Assembly: GCA_938007965.1 (NCBI GenBank)
Contig: CALLMH010000037.1
Coordinates: forward strand, 4,999 to 68,998
From: an uncultured Saprospiraceae bacterium
GTDB taxonomy: Bacteria > Bacteroidota > Bacteroidia > Chitinophagales > Saprospiraceae
DNA: 64,000 nucleotides
Reading direction: 5' to 3'
How positions within the stretch are numbered: position 1 is the stretch's first letter; every line of letters starts with the position of its first letter. The position numbers and the translations under genes are program-made. The notes under the pieces were generated by a model. It did no database searches. It worked only from the letters and a program-made list of their open reading frames with translations, and had not been told where the DNA came from. Below, piece after piece: positions 8,656-17,798 of the stretch.

Positions 8656-10581
8656 ATGCTTACACCACTTCATGTATTAAAAAAATATTGGGGTTATGAT
8701 CAGTTTCGATCATTGCAAGCTGATGTGATTGATTCTGTATTAGCGGGAAGAGATACTGTAGCTTTGCTGCACACAGGAGCTGGTAAGTCAGTATGCTATC
8801 AAGTTCCTGCTCTTTGTTTTCCTGGTAAGACCTTGGTGATATCCCCATTGATAGCATTGATGCAAGATCAAGTTGATGCACTGAATAAAAAAGGAATCAT
8901 GGCCAAAGCGGTCTACTCAGGGATGAAGTATCAACAGTTAGATCTGATCTTGGATAATTTCATGAATGGTCCGCTTAAGATTCTGTATGTATCTCCCGAA
9001 AGACTGCAGACAGATATCTTTCTAGAACGTTTCAAAAAAGCTAATATAAGCCTTATTGCAGTAGACGAATCACATTGTATCTCTCAATGGGGACATGACT
9101 TTAGACCTGCTTATTATGAAATCAAGGCACTCAGAGAATGGCATCCCAAAGTACCGATTATTGCAGTTACTGCTACAGCTACGCCGAAAGTGGTAGAAGA
9201 TATTACGGAGAAGCTAGAAATGGTGTCGCCTAATGTACTGACATCTACTTTCGAACGAGAAAATTTATCATTTACCGTTATGCTCTCTGAAGAGAAAATG
9301 GATAAGCTCAATGACTTCTTGTCAAAAATGCGCGGGAGTGGGATCATCTATATGCGAAGTAGAAAAAAAGTAGAACAACTGGCCGCTTACCTAAATAAAG
9401 ACATCGAAGGGGATGATATCGCTAGTTACTACCATGGTGGGCTGAATATGAAAACTAGGATGCGCGTCCAAAGAGAATGGATAGAAAATAAACTTAGGAT
9501 TATCGTCTGTACTAATGCCTTCGGTATGGGCGTGGATAAGCCTGATGTAAGATTTGTAGTTCACTGTGATATTCCCCCTAGTCTTGAGGAGTATTATCAG
9601 GAGGCAGGTCGTGCAGGTAGAGATGGGAAACCTGCGCACGCTGTTTCGATTATAAATTTTGGAGACATCGTAAAATTACAGCAACATCATTTATCCTTAT
9701 ATCCTTCTTTAGAGTTTTTAGAGCAGGTTTTCAATAGATTATGTTCGTATCTCAAAGTAGGATATGGAAGTGGTGCGGGCGAGTCATTTGATCTCAGTCT
9801 AGAGGATTTCTGTAATAAATATCGGTATCATATAGGTAAGGTTTTTAACTGTCTAAATATCATGGAGAAAGAAGGGTGGATATTTCTAAATCAAGCGATG
9901 CGAAAACCCTCCCAAATCGTATTTACTTCTGATAAAGGAAGGATTAGTCTCTCTAGCCGTAATAAAGATGTGAAATCTAGGATGATTCTTCATTTCATAA
10001 GGAAGTATGAAGGTATCTTTATGGATTTTGTGACAATAGACGAAGGAAAACTAGCCAACGAACTGAATATCCCTCTTCCCAAATTGATCCAAGAGCTAAA
10101 GGTGATGGACAAAGAGACGATACTCGCTTATCGACCATCATCAGAGAAACCAAGAATCACGTTTTTAATGGATCGTCCTGCGCCGAACTCTTTTGCTATC
10201 GATGAAGTGAGATATCTAGCAAGAGAGGCTAATGCCGCGGTGAAAATGAGAGCCGTACAAGACTATATGACCTCTTTTAGCTGTAGGCAGCAAACTATTC
10301 TTACCTATTTTGGAGAAGAGAAGCCACCGTGTGGCAGATGTGACATCTGTCGAGGTACAAAGAAAAAACTATTTACAGAAGAGGAAAAATATGCATTGCT
10401 CGTGCATATAAGGAAGATGTCTAAAAATGGCTTGATGCACTGCGATTCTTACCTACGATTGTGGCCATTTAATAAACAGAATAAAGCATTTGCTATTTTA
10501 CAACAACTTCATTTCGAAAAAGAAATATGTTTTGAGAGGGATAATATTATTCAAACAAATCCTAGTTCGGTAGATGGGTAA
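8656..10581 (+). CDS. RecQ-family ATP-dependent DNA helicase
   Basis: 641-aa ORF with Walker A (HTGAGKS), a DExH box (VDESHCISQWGHDFRPAY) and the helicase C motif QEAGRAGRDG. A C-terminal Zn-binding cluster is also present (C..C-x2-C-x2-C in CRQQTILTYFGEEKPPCGRCDIC). Confidence 0.9.
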   Translation: MLTPLHVLKKYWGYDQFRSLQADVIDSVLAGRDTVALLHTGAGKSVCYQVPALCFPGKTLVISPLIALMQDQVDALNKKGIMAKAVYSGMKYQQLDLILDNFMNGPLKILYVSPERLQTDIFLERFKKANISLIAVDESHCISQWGHDFRPAYYEIKALREWHPKVPIIAVTATATPKVVEDITEKLEMVSPNVLTSTFERENLSFTVMLSEEKMDKLNDFLSKMRGSGIIYMRSRKKVEQLAAYLNKDIEGDDIASYYHGGLNMKTRMRVQREWIENKLRIIVCTNAFGMGVDKPDVRFVVHCDIPPSLEEYYQEAGRAGRDGKPAHAVSIINFGDIVKLQQHHLSLYPSLEFLEQVFNRLCSYLKVGYGSGAGESFDLSLEDFCNKYRYHIGKVFNCLNIMEKEGWIFLNQAMRKPSQIVFTSDKGRISLSSRNKDVKSRMILHFIRKYEGIFMDFVTIDEGKLANELNIPLPKLIQELKVMDKETILAYRPSSEKPRITFLMDRPAPNSFAIDEVRYLAREANAAVKMRAVQDYMTSFSCRQQTILTYFGEEKPPCGRCDICRGTKKKLFTEEEKYALLVHIRKMSKNGLMHCDSYLRLWPFNKQNKAFAILQQLHFEKEICFERDNIIQTNPSSVDG

Positions 10582-11671
10582 AAAAATATTCATATCTGTG
10601 ACTAACGATCTGAATCAAGATCAGAGGATGCATAGGATCTGCAACAGTCTTGTCGATGCAGGGCATGATGTGTCTTTGGTGGGTCGGGCGAAGCGAAATT
10701 CTGCCGATTTATTGATCCAAAGATTTGATCAGAAACGACTGAAATGTTTTTTTGAAAGAGGTGTCTTATTCTATCTGGAGTACAATATTCGATTGTTGGT
10801 ATTTCTCATGATTCGACCCGTAGATATCATATATTCGGTAGACTTAGATACGCTAGCGGCTGGAGGGTTGGTCTCAATACTGAGAAGGAAGAAGCTTATA
10901 TATGATGCCCACGAATATTTTGTAGAAGTTCCAGAATTAGAAAATTCGATACTCAAGAAGCGCCTTTGGAACCTAGTAGCTAGGTTGTTCATATCATCTA
11001 GCGATCTCAATATTACTGTGAACAAAGAACTTGCGGAGGTTCTTAAAATAGAATATGATCATGAATTTGAAGTGATTCGAAGTGTGCCTTTATTCGTCGA
11101 GAGACAACAGGTGAGCGAAAAAAAGATGATTATACTTTATCAGGGAGTATTAAATAAAGGGAGAGGCTTAGAGCAAGCGATCAAATGGATTTCTTCTTCA
11201 AAAGAAAATATAGAGCTACATATAGTGGGAGAGGGTGATCTGTCACATCGTCTCAGAGCGCTGAAGTCAGAAATCGATTTGGATGATAAGGTGCGTTTTC
11301 TAGGATGGAAGTCTCCACAAGAACTTGATGAAATAACCAAGACGGCTTGGCTCGGGCTCAATTTATTGGATGGAAGTAGTTTAAATTATAAATATTCACT
11401 AGCCAATAAGTTTTTCAACTATATGCATGCTGGAGTACCATCGGTCAACATGAATTTTCCTGTTTATCGGAGATACTGTAGTAAATATAATGTGGGGATT
11501 TGTATATCAGATTTAGATCCCGAAACTATTGGTAGGGAGATTACTTCACTGATTACAGATCATATAAAGTACCAAGAAATGGTGCGTGCAACAAAGACAG
11601 TGAGTAAAGAACATTCATGGCAGGAAGAAGAGGTTCGCTTGATCCAAATTATAAACAAAATGATGGATTGA
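10574..11671 (+). CDS. Glycosyltransferase family 4 (GT-B fold)
   Basis: 365-aa ORF with the C-terminal half typical of GT4/GT1 (ILYQGVLNKGRGLEQAI, HIVGEGD). Its start ATG (10574) overlaps the recQ-family stop by 8 nt. Confidence 0.75.
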   Translation: MGKKIFISVTNDLNQDQRMHRICNSLVDAGHDVSLVGRAKRNSADLLIQRFDQKRLKCFFERGVLFYLEYNIRLLVFLMIRPVDIIYSVDLDTLAAGGLVSILRRKKLIYDAHEYFVEVPELENSILKKRLWNLVARLFISSSDLNITVNKELAEVLKIEYDHEFEVIRSVPLFVERQQVSEKKMIILYQGVLNKGRGLEQAIKWISSSKENIELHIVGEGDLSHRLRALKSEIDLDDKVRFLGWKSPQELDEITKTAWLGLNLLDGSSLNYKYSLANKFFNYMHAGVPSVNMNFPVYRRYCSKYNVGICISDLDPETIGREITSLITDHIKYQEMVRATKTVSKEHSWQEEEVRLIQIINKMMD

Positions 11672-12681
11672 TGAGTGTGATAATGGGAGGTTCGGGCAGT
11701 ACGGGGTCGTCTTTGGTAAAGAATATTTTGAATAGGCATCCAAAGATCTTTGCTGGAGAAGAGACTTCTTTCTTCGCCAAAGAAATGATATATGATGATT
11801 GGTCAAAGGCGAAAAAGAGAGTCATAAAGAGAAAACTAAAAGGCCTCAAAAATAAGGGCTATCATATCTATAATGGTACAGATATGATCCATAAGGAATA
11901 CGGCCACACGAAGAAGAAAATAAGTGAAATGGCTGTAGGAACAAGATCATTGAGGTCGTTCTGCGATCTGTTTTATAAAAAGCCACTTAATGAAAACGGC
12001 GCGGATGTTTGGATAGAAAAAACACCGGCAAATGCAGCATGCTTCACACAATTTTTGGATCATTTTGAAAATGGAAAAGTAATCCATATGGTAAGGAATC
12101 CGTATGATACGATTGCATCATTATGGGATAGAGGGTATGATTTGCATTATGCAGTTGGCATATATTTGCTGAATACAGCGTGTGGACTTTCGGCGGATCA
12201 CTACATAGGTAGATACCACACTATCAAATACGAAGACGTGATCAATAGGCCGGATGTTGCAATATCAGAGGCGTGCAGATTTCTCGGGGTACAATTCTCG
12301 GCTGATATGTTGACGACGAAAAAGGAGCAAATAGAAGTGTCACGATTGGCAGGTTGGAACCATGATGAGACTGCAAATATTGGAACTCATTCACTTGGCA
12401 GGTTCGAACGAATGTCAGAAGAGAAGAAGCTTCAAGTCAAAGCGGCCATAGCGCATATAGAAGTAAGTGAAGCGGGTAAGGCAAGGTACGGTATTTCTCA
12501 TTTCAACATAAGGAGTCTATGTGATGCACTAGATTATAGATATAAAGAGGTTGACAATCAATCAGCAAATGTTGGAATGCGAAAGGCACTTATGAAAGAT
12601 AGATTAGATAGACTAAAGAGAGGCTATGCTACTGGAATATACTATCCTCTGACGCTATCTGGTAAAGATGAAATTAAGTAG
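11671..12681 (+). CDS. Sulfotransferase family protein
   Basis: The start is set at ATG 11671-11673, which shares one base with the GT4 stop TGA (11669-11671). A 5'-PSB-like loop (GGSGSTGSSL) and a 3'-PB-like motif (VRNPYDTIAS) are typical of PAPS-dependent sulfotransferases. Confidence 0.7.
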   Translation: MSVIMGGSGSTGSSLVKNILNRHPKIFAGEETSFFAKEMIYDDWSKAKKRVIKRKLKGLKNKGYHIYNGTDMIHKEYGHTKKKISEMAVGTRSLRSFCDLFYKKPLNENGADVWIEKTPANAACFTQFLDHFENGKVIHMVRNPYDTIASLWDRGYDLHYAVGIYLLNTACGLSADHYIGRYHTIKYEDVINRPDVAISEACRFLGVQFSADMLTTKKEQIEVSRLAGWNHDETANIGTHSLGRFERMSEEKKLQVKAAIAHIEVSEAGKARYGISHFNIRSLCDALDYRYKEVDNQSANVGMRKALMKDRLDRLKRGYATGIYYPLTLSGKDEIK

Positions 12682-12686
12682 ATAAG

Positions 12687-13511
12687 ATGACATTCGAACA
12701 AACGATAAAAACATTATTAAAAGATCATTTTGATCCACAAGAAGTAGCATATTATCTAAGAGTATTTGCTGAAGATATGCCGGCACTGAAGGACCGATCC
12801 GAAGAAGATTGGGCGTCAGTATGTAGCCGGATTGTGGATCAAGAGCCTATACAGTACATTACAGGTGTCGCTCCTTTTTACGGATATTTTTTTAGTGTAA
12901 ATAATCAAGTACTCATACCTAGACCTGAAACGGAGGAATTGGTTTATCTTATCAATGATTATATTCGAAAAACGGAAATTGGAAATGCGAGAATACTAGA
13001 GATAGGCAGTGGTACCGGCTGTATACCTATAACGTTGAGTTTATCGAATCCTAATGCTGATATACAATCTGTGGATATCAGTGAAGGGGCGCTAAAAGTC
13101 GCAAGGGAGAATAATGAGAAGCTTGGCGGGAAGGTCACTTTTCATAAAGTAGATATACTAGATAATGCAGAATGGCATCAAATCTCTGGAACGTTTGATA
13201 TCATAGTGTCGAATCCGCCCTACATACCCAACAGCGAGAAGACGCTAATGTCGGCGAATGTTCTAGATAATGAGCCGCACCTGGCTCTCTTTGTAGAAGA
13301 TGATGACCCACTAATATTTTACAATAAAATACACGAACTTGCAAAATCCAAGCTTCAAAAGGACGGAGTTATCTTCTTAGAATGCAATGAATTCAATGCT
13401 CAAGAGGTAAAACAAATTTACTCAGAATCGTATGATGCTGAAGTCATAAACGATATGCAAGGTAAAGAACGTATAGTAATAGCTAAACGATCTATTCGTA
13501 TGATGAAATGA
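12687..13511 (+). CDS. prmC: Peptide chain release factor N(5)-glutamine methyltransferase
   Basis: 274-aa ORF with SAM motif LEIGSGTGCI and catalytic NPPY (VSNPPYIP). The size and layout are typical of PrmC/HemK. Confidence 0.85.
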   Translation: MTFEQTIKTLLKDHFDPQEVAYYLRVFAEDMPALKDRSEEDWASVCSRIVDQEPIQYITGVAPFYGYFFSVNNQVLIPRPETEELVYLINDYIRKTEIGNARILEIGSGTGCIPITLSLSNPNADIQSVDISEGALKVARENNEKLGGKVTFHKVDILDNAEWHQISGTFDIIVSNPPYIPNSEKTLMSANVLDNEPHLALFVEDDDPLIFYNKIHELAKSKLQKDGVIFLECNEFNAQEVKQIYSESYDAEVINDMQGKERIVIAKRSIRMMK

Positions 13512-13550
13512 AATTATAAAATAATAGATTTGCCGCTGAAAACGAATAGT

Positions 13551-14369
13551 ATGATTTGGAAACTTGTGTGTAGTGATATTGATGGGACTTTGCTGAATAG
13601 TGAGAGACAGTTGTCTAAAAGAACAATATATATTCTAAAAAAAGTAAAAGATGAAATTCCAGTGGTACTTATATCTTCTAGGATGCCCAAGGCTATGCGT
13701 CATCTTCAAGAGGAGTTAGATGTTATTACCCATCCGCTGATAGCATACAATGGCGGTCTCGTGATAGACTATACTAATAGTGAGGCTGAGATCTTATTAT
13801 CTATTGAGATCCCTACATATATAGCGGACTCAGTGATCCAGTTTTGTCAAGGTACGACCATACATACTAGCCTGTACCATAACGACGAATGGTACGTTCC
13901 AGAGATGGACTATTGGGCAAAACGGGAAATGAACAATACAAAGGTAACGCCAGAAGTAGCCGACCTGTCCCATGTTTCTAGTCAATGGAAATCAGAAAAT
14001 AAAGGGGCTCATAAAATCATGTGTATGGGTGAAGCTGAAGATATACAGCGCTTACATGACTACCTGACGATGCATCACGCGGATACAGTACACGCCTATA
14101 GGTCTAAGGATACATATATAGAAATCGCCAGTAAGAAGATCTCCAAATTATCAGCACTTAATTTTTTATTAGATCATTCGTATGATATAAAATTATCAGA
14201 GGTTATGGCTTTTGGAGACAATTACAATGATGTAGAGATGATCGCAGGGGTAGGGATGGGTGTAGCTGTAGCTAATGCTAGAGACGAAGTCAAAGCCGTA
14301 TCAAACGCGATCACAAAAGGCAATAAAGAAGATGGCGTAGCTATCATGCTAGAAGGTTTGTTTGGTTGA
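13551..14369 (+). CDS. Cof-type HAD-IIB family hydrolase
   Basis: The start is moved to ATG 13551, because the ORF-track start is TTG. HAD motif I is DIDGTLL and motif IV is GDNYNDVEM, with a cap domain between them. Confidence 0.85.
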   Translation: MIWKLVCSDIDGTLLNSERQLSKRTIYILKKVKDEIPVVLISSRMPKAMRHLQEELDVITHPLIAYNGGLVIDYTNSEAEILLSIEIPTYIADSVIQFCQGTTIHTSLYHNDEWYVPEMDYWAKREMNNTKVTPEVADLSHVSSQWKSENKGAHKIMCMGEAEDIQRLHDYLTMHHADTVHAYRSKDTYIEIASKKISKLSALNFLLDHSYDIKLSEVMAFGDNYNDVEMIAGVGMGVAVANARDEVKAVSNAITKGNKEDGVAIMLEGLFG

Positions 14370-14406
14370 TTCTGCATCACATCCACTTTGTCACTTTATG
14401 TTATTA

Positions 14407-15279
14407 CTACTTACTTAAATCCAGAAATACTCCTACAGAATATGATGGGGCAGCCGCTATAATCTTTCCTCTAAATGCAGATGCAAATGAGACAGATACA
14501 CCGATTTGATTAGTAAGGTAGTATGCTGCTTCGAATCCATAGCTTGTGAATTCGGCTCTATCCGCAAAGATGGTCGAGCTATTAGCATTTTCATTGAGCG
14601 CACCATTATTAAATGATTCTATCCCTCCGATTCTACCGATGATCCATAGCTTTTGATTTAAGAGACCTGTGCCGACTTCCAATCCATATCTGAATTCTTC
14701 TGAAAATCCATTGGTCCTATTATTAAGGCCTACATATGATGAGAAGTAAGCATTTGCCTGTCCGATCTGAAAACCTGTACCTGCATCGATCTGTATAGTT
14801 TGGTTGAATTCTCCATCACCAGTTTGTAGGATGCCCAATTCTCCTCCGCCTGTTGCACCTGTCGGTAGACCCAGGGTAAGTGTTGCAGCTATCGGAAACT
14901 TCGCACCGGGCGCTGTTAGTCCATATTTGAATCCTACGTCTATATCGCCTATTGAATTCAATCCTTCGCCAGATAGGAGCACATCTCCTGTCGTTGCGGA
15001 CACTTGATTATTATAGGTACTTCTACTAAATAATGGCGCATATACGATTGTTGTGAATCTTTCGGATATTCCGTATTCGCCATAAATTGCGGTATTATAT
15101 ACGCCTGAAGTAATATTAGGATCTAACTCTCCTGTATCTGTGAAGTGCTGATCAAACTCGATCCACCATTGCGAAAGTTTGAAATATCCCACGCCTTTTT
15201 GTTGTGTCCACGGACCGCCCGCGTAAGATGCCGATATGAATATGATTGATGCGAAGATTATGTTGATTATATTTTTCAT
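14407..15279 (-). CDS. Outer-membrane beta-barrel protein (transporter-like)
   Basis: 290-aa ORF with a signal peptide. Gly/aromatic-rich amphipathic strands alternate along the sequence, and the terminal region is beta-barrel-like. The family is not resolved. Confidence 0.5.
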   Translation of the reverse strand: MKNIINIIFASIIFISASYAGGPWTQQKGVGYFKLSQWWIEFDQHFTDTGELDPNITSGVYNTAIYGEYGISERFTTIVYAPLFSRSTYNNQVSATTGDVLLSGEGLNSIGDIDVGFKYGLTAPGAKFPIAATLTLGLPTGATGGGELGILQTGDGEFNQTIQIDAGTGFQIGQANAYFSSYVGLNNRTNGFSEEFRYGLEVGTGLLNQKLWIIGRIGGIESFNNGALNENANSSTIFADRAEFTSYGFEAAYYLTNQIGVSVSFASAFRGKIIAAAPSYSVGVFLDLSK

Positions 15280-15361
15280 TTTGATGTATTGTTTAGATTG
15301 ACATTTTTTGAAGAGGGAATATCGATTGAGGTGATTTTAATAGACGAGCGTATCGCTTAGG

Positions 15362-16054
15362 TTATTGGATTTCTGCGTCGCCCACTTTTACATTAAAAGG
15401 TTTACAGAAATATAGGATATGGCTATAATCATTTATACCGACACCGTCTAATTGATAAGAGTGTGTACCTTCGAATACTTCCACGGGCCCTATTTGGTAT
15501 GCTCCTGAGACAGTAGATATATTATTTGTCAGGTATACATATAGACCAGGTAAGGCTGTAGAGGCTCTATAGTTTTCGAAGATATTTATAGTAATCCCGC
15601 CATCGTGTTCGATGATCTCAAAGTCACCTTCAAGTAGATACGAACTGGTCGTAGCGATACGTCCAAATCTTCCATCTGGCGCTTCTACGAATACTTCTCC
15701 GACATTGACTACGAATGATTCCGTTATATCGATGTCTCCATTACTGTAACTTACAGAAATTACAGAAGACCCTCTTTGAATAGCGGTTGCTAGTCCAGTC
15801 TGATCGATGGTAATGATAGAGTCATCAGAGCTACTCCATAGCGGACTAATATCCTCTTGAATGCCTATATTATTAAAATACGAAAACTCAAATTTGAATT
15901 GAGATCCGACGACAATTGTGTCAGGAGTAGTCATGAGCCTTATCGTAGGTTCTACAAAATCTTCGATGATATCATCTTTGATACAACTAGATAATGATAT
16001 CGTAATTATGGAGAATAATATTAGTAGATTTTTCATTTGAATTTTATTTTTCAA
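15362..16054 (-). CDS. Lipoprotein with a Big_2-like Ig domain and a DM13-like domain
   Basis: 230-aa ORF with lipobox LSSC. The segment SSSDDSIITIDQTGLATAIQRGSSVISVSY resembles bacterial Ig-like group 2. The C-terminal segment (GDFEIIEHDGGITINIFENYRASTALPGLYVYLTNN) resembles DM13. Confidence 0.5.
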   Translation of the reverse strand: MKNKIQMKNLLILFSIITISLSSCIKDDIIEDFVEPTIRLMTTPDTIVVGSQFKFEFSYFNNIGIQEDISPLWSSSDDSIITIDQTGLATAIQRGSSVISVSYSNGDIDITESFVVNVGEVFVEAPDGRFGRIATTSSYLLEGDFEIIEHDGGITINIFENYRASTALPGLYVYLTNNISTVSGAYQIGPVEVFEGTHSYQLDGVGINDYSHILYFCKPFNVKVGDAEIQ

Positions 16055-16413
16055 GATTATTAAATTCTTTTGCCTACCTATACTATTGATATTTTGATAT
16101 GGTTGCTTGTTGAAATGTTAACTAAAACTTATCGTTACGAATAATGATCATGAATAGCGAAGTGTTATTCTTTTCTGATCAGCATGATTAGAGCTGAGGA
16201 TAAGCAATAGAGCTGTTACTTAATGAAAATATTGGATATCCACATTGCTTAAATGAAAGGCGCACTGTAGGAGATAGGAAGCTTGTATTATAGGGGGTAA
16301 TGGGGTATTTGACAAAGTTGGTTTTGTCTAAATACCGATATTAAAAAAGATTGAACGACTAAAAAATCAATTGTATAGGCATTTTAAGCACTTGAATATT
16401 TTTAGCAAGATAT

Positions 16414-17757
16414 TTACGGCATTGGAGAATCTCCACCTAACATCTCAACACCATTTTCAGTAACCAGAAAGTCGTCTTCAATTCTAATACCGCCTAAATT
16501 TCTTTTTTTGTTGAGCATTTCATAATTGATAAACTCTTTGAATTTTCCTTGAGACTCAAATTTTTCTATCAATTCAGGGATAAAGTAGATGCCAGGTTCT
16601 ATGGTGATTACATTTCCAGTTTCTAGTTCCTTACCCAATCGAAGAGACTTGAGTCCAAATTGAGTGCTTTTCTGTAGAGTCTCGGAGTAACCAATGTACT
16701 GCTCGCCGAAGTTCTCCATGTCATGCACATCTAATCCCATGACATGACCTAGACCGTGAGGAAAAAACATAGCATGAGCTCCCTCTTTTACAGCCGATTC
16801 GGTATCACCTTTCATAAGCCCTATATCCTTCAATCCCTCTACTAAGACCTTTGCGGTATGTAAGTGTACATCAAGATATCTTTTTCCAGCTTTTGATTCT
16901 CTGACGGCTTCCTTATACATGAGGTGTACGAGATCGTATATTTCTTGCTGTTCGGCGGTGAATGTGCCTGATGCTGCACTTGTGCGAGTGATGTCTCCGC
17001 AGTATCCACTAGCGACTTCAATACCGCCATCCACTAAGACGATATCTCCAGCTTCTATTTTATGTCCATGGTAGTGATTGTGTAGGGTCTGTCCATTTTT
17101 TGTGAGGATAGGAGGAAATGACCATCTCACATTATGATCATGGGCAAATTTACTAGCTATTGCCACCAATTCATATTCGTAGATGTCCGGTCTTATATGT
17201 TTGATGACCTCTGCATGCATGGCTTTACTCAGCGTTACTGCTTTTTGTATTTCACTGATTTCCTCATCTGTTTTTATAGATCGTTGGCTATTTACTGCTT
17301 TGATCAATTCTACAGAATGGCTAGATTGGTCCTTATCGAGTAGTGCCCTCAGCCTCAGTTCTTGGCTAGCTCTGTATGGAGGTAGATGATGTACTTGTGA
17401 TCTGAGGTGATTCTTTAGATCCGCATATGGGTATACATCGGTGATTCCGATTTTAGCCGCTAAGTTTTTTATAGACTCTTGTGGCCCAGTCCATACCACC
17501 ATATCCATCGACACATCATCGGCGAATAGCTTGGATGTTCCTTCATCAGCATCTATAAGGATAGCGATGTCAGGAATGCTTAGAGCACCATAATAAAGTA
17601 GAGTGCTATCTTGTCTATATGGATTCAGATTATCCGCAAAGTTGATAGATGATTCATCATTTGCGATTAGCAATACTTGACCACCGCTCATATTGGAGAT
17701 CAATGTATTTCTTCTGTCTATGTATGTTTGTGCTGAAAAGGGGATGTGTATAGCCAT
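16414..17757 (-). CDS. pepP: Xaa-Pro aminopeptidase (M24B family)
   Basis: 447-aa ORF with metal-ligand motifs DGG..YCGDITRT, HGLGHVMGLDVHD, EPGIY and IRIEDD, typical of aminopeptidase P. Confidence 0.85.
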   Translation of the reverse strand: MAIHIPFSAQTYIDRRNTLISNMSGGQVLLIANDESSINFADNLNPYRQDSTLLYYGALSIPDIAILIDADEGTSKLFADDVSMDMVVWTGPQESIKNLAAKIGITDVYPYADLKNHLRSQVHHLPPYRASQELRLRALLDKDQSSHSVELIKAVNSQRSIKTDEEISEIQKAVTLSKAMHAEVIKHIRPDIYEYELVAIASKFAHDHNVRWSFPPILTKNGQTLHNHYHGHKIEAGDIVLVDGGIEVASGYCGDITRTSAASGTFTAEQQEIYDLVHLMYKEAVRESKAGKRYLDVHLHTAKVLVEGLKDIGLMKGDTESAVKEGAHAMFFPHGLGHVMGLDVHDMENFGEQYIGYSETLQKSTQFGLKSLRLGKELETGNVITIEPGIYFIPELIEKFESQGKFKEFINYEMLNKKRNLGGIRIEDDFLVTENGVEMLGGDSPMP

Positions 17758-17798
17758 TGGAATTTTTGCTTTTAGAAGTACAAAGTAAAGAAACTAAA

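Noticed and set aside
16304-16336. A 12-bp bulged hairpin (GGTATTTGACAA / TTGTCtAAATACC) in the pepP downstream intergenic region, considered as a terminator or sRNA.
   Set aside because: No U-tract follows on either strand, it lies about 80 nt from the pepP stop, and there is no other supporting signal. It is noted but not called as a feature.
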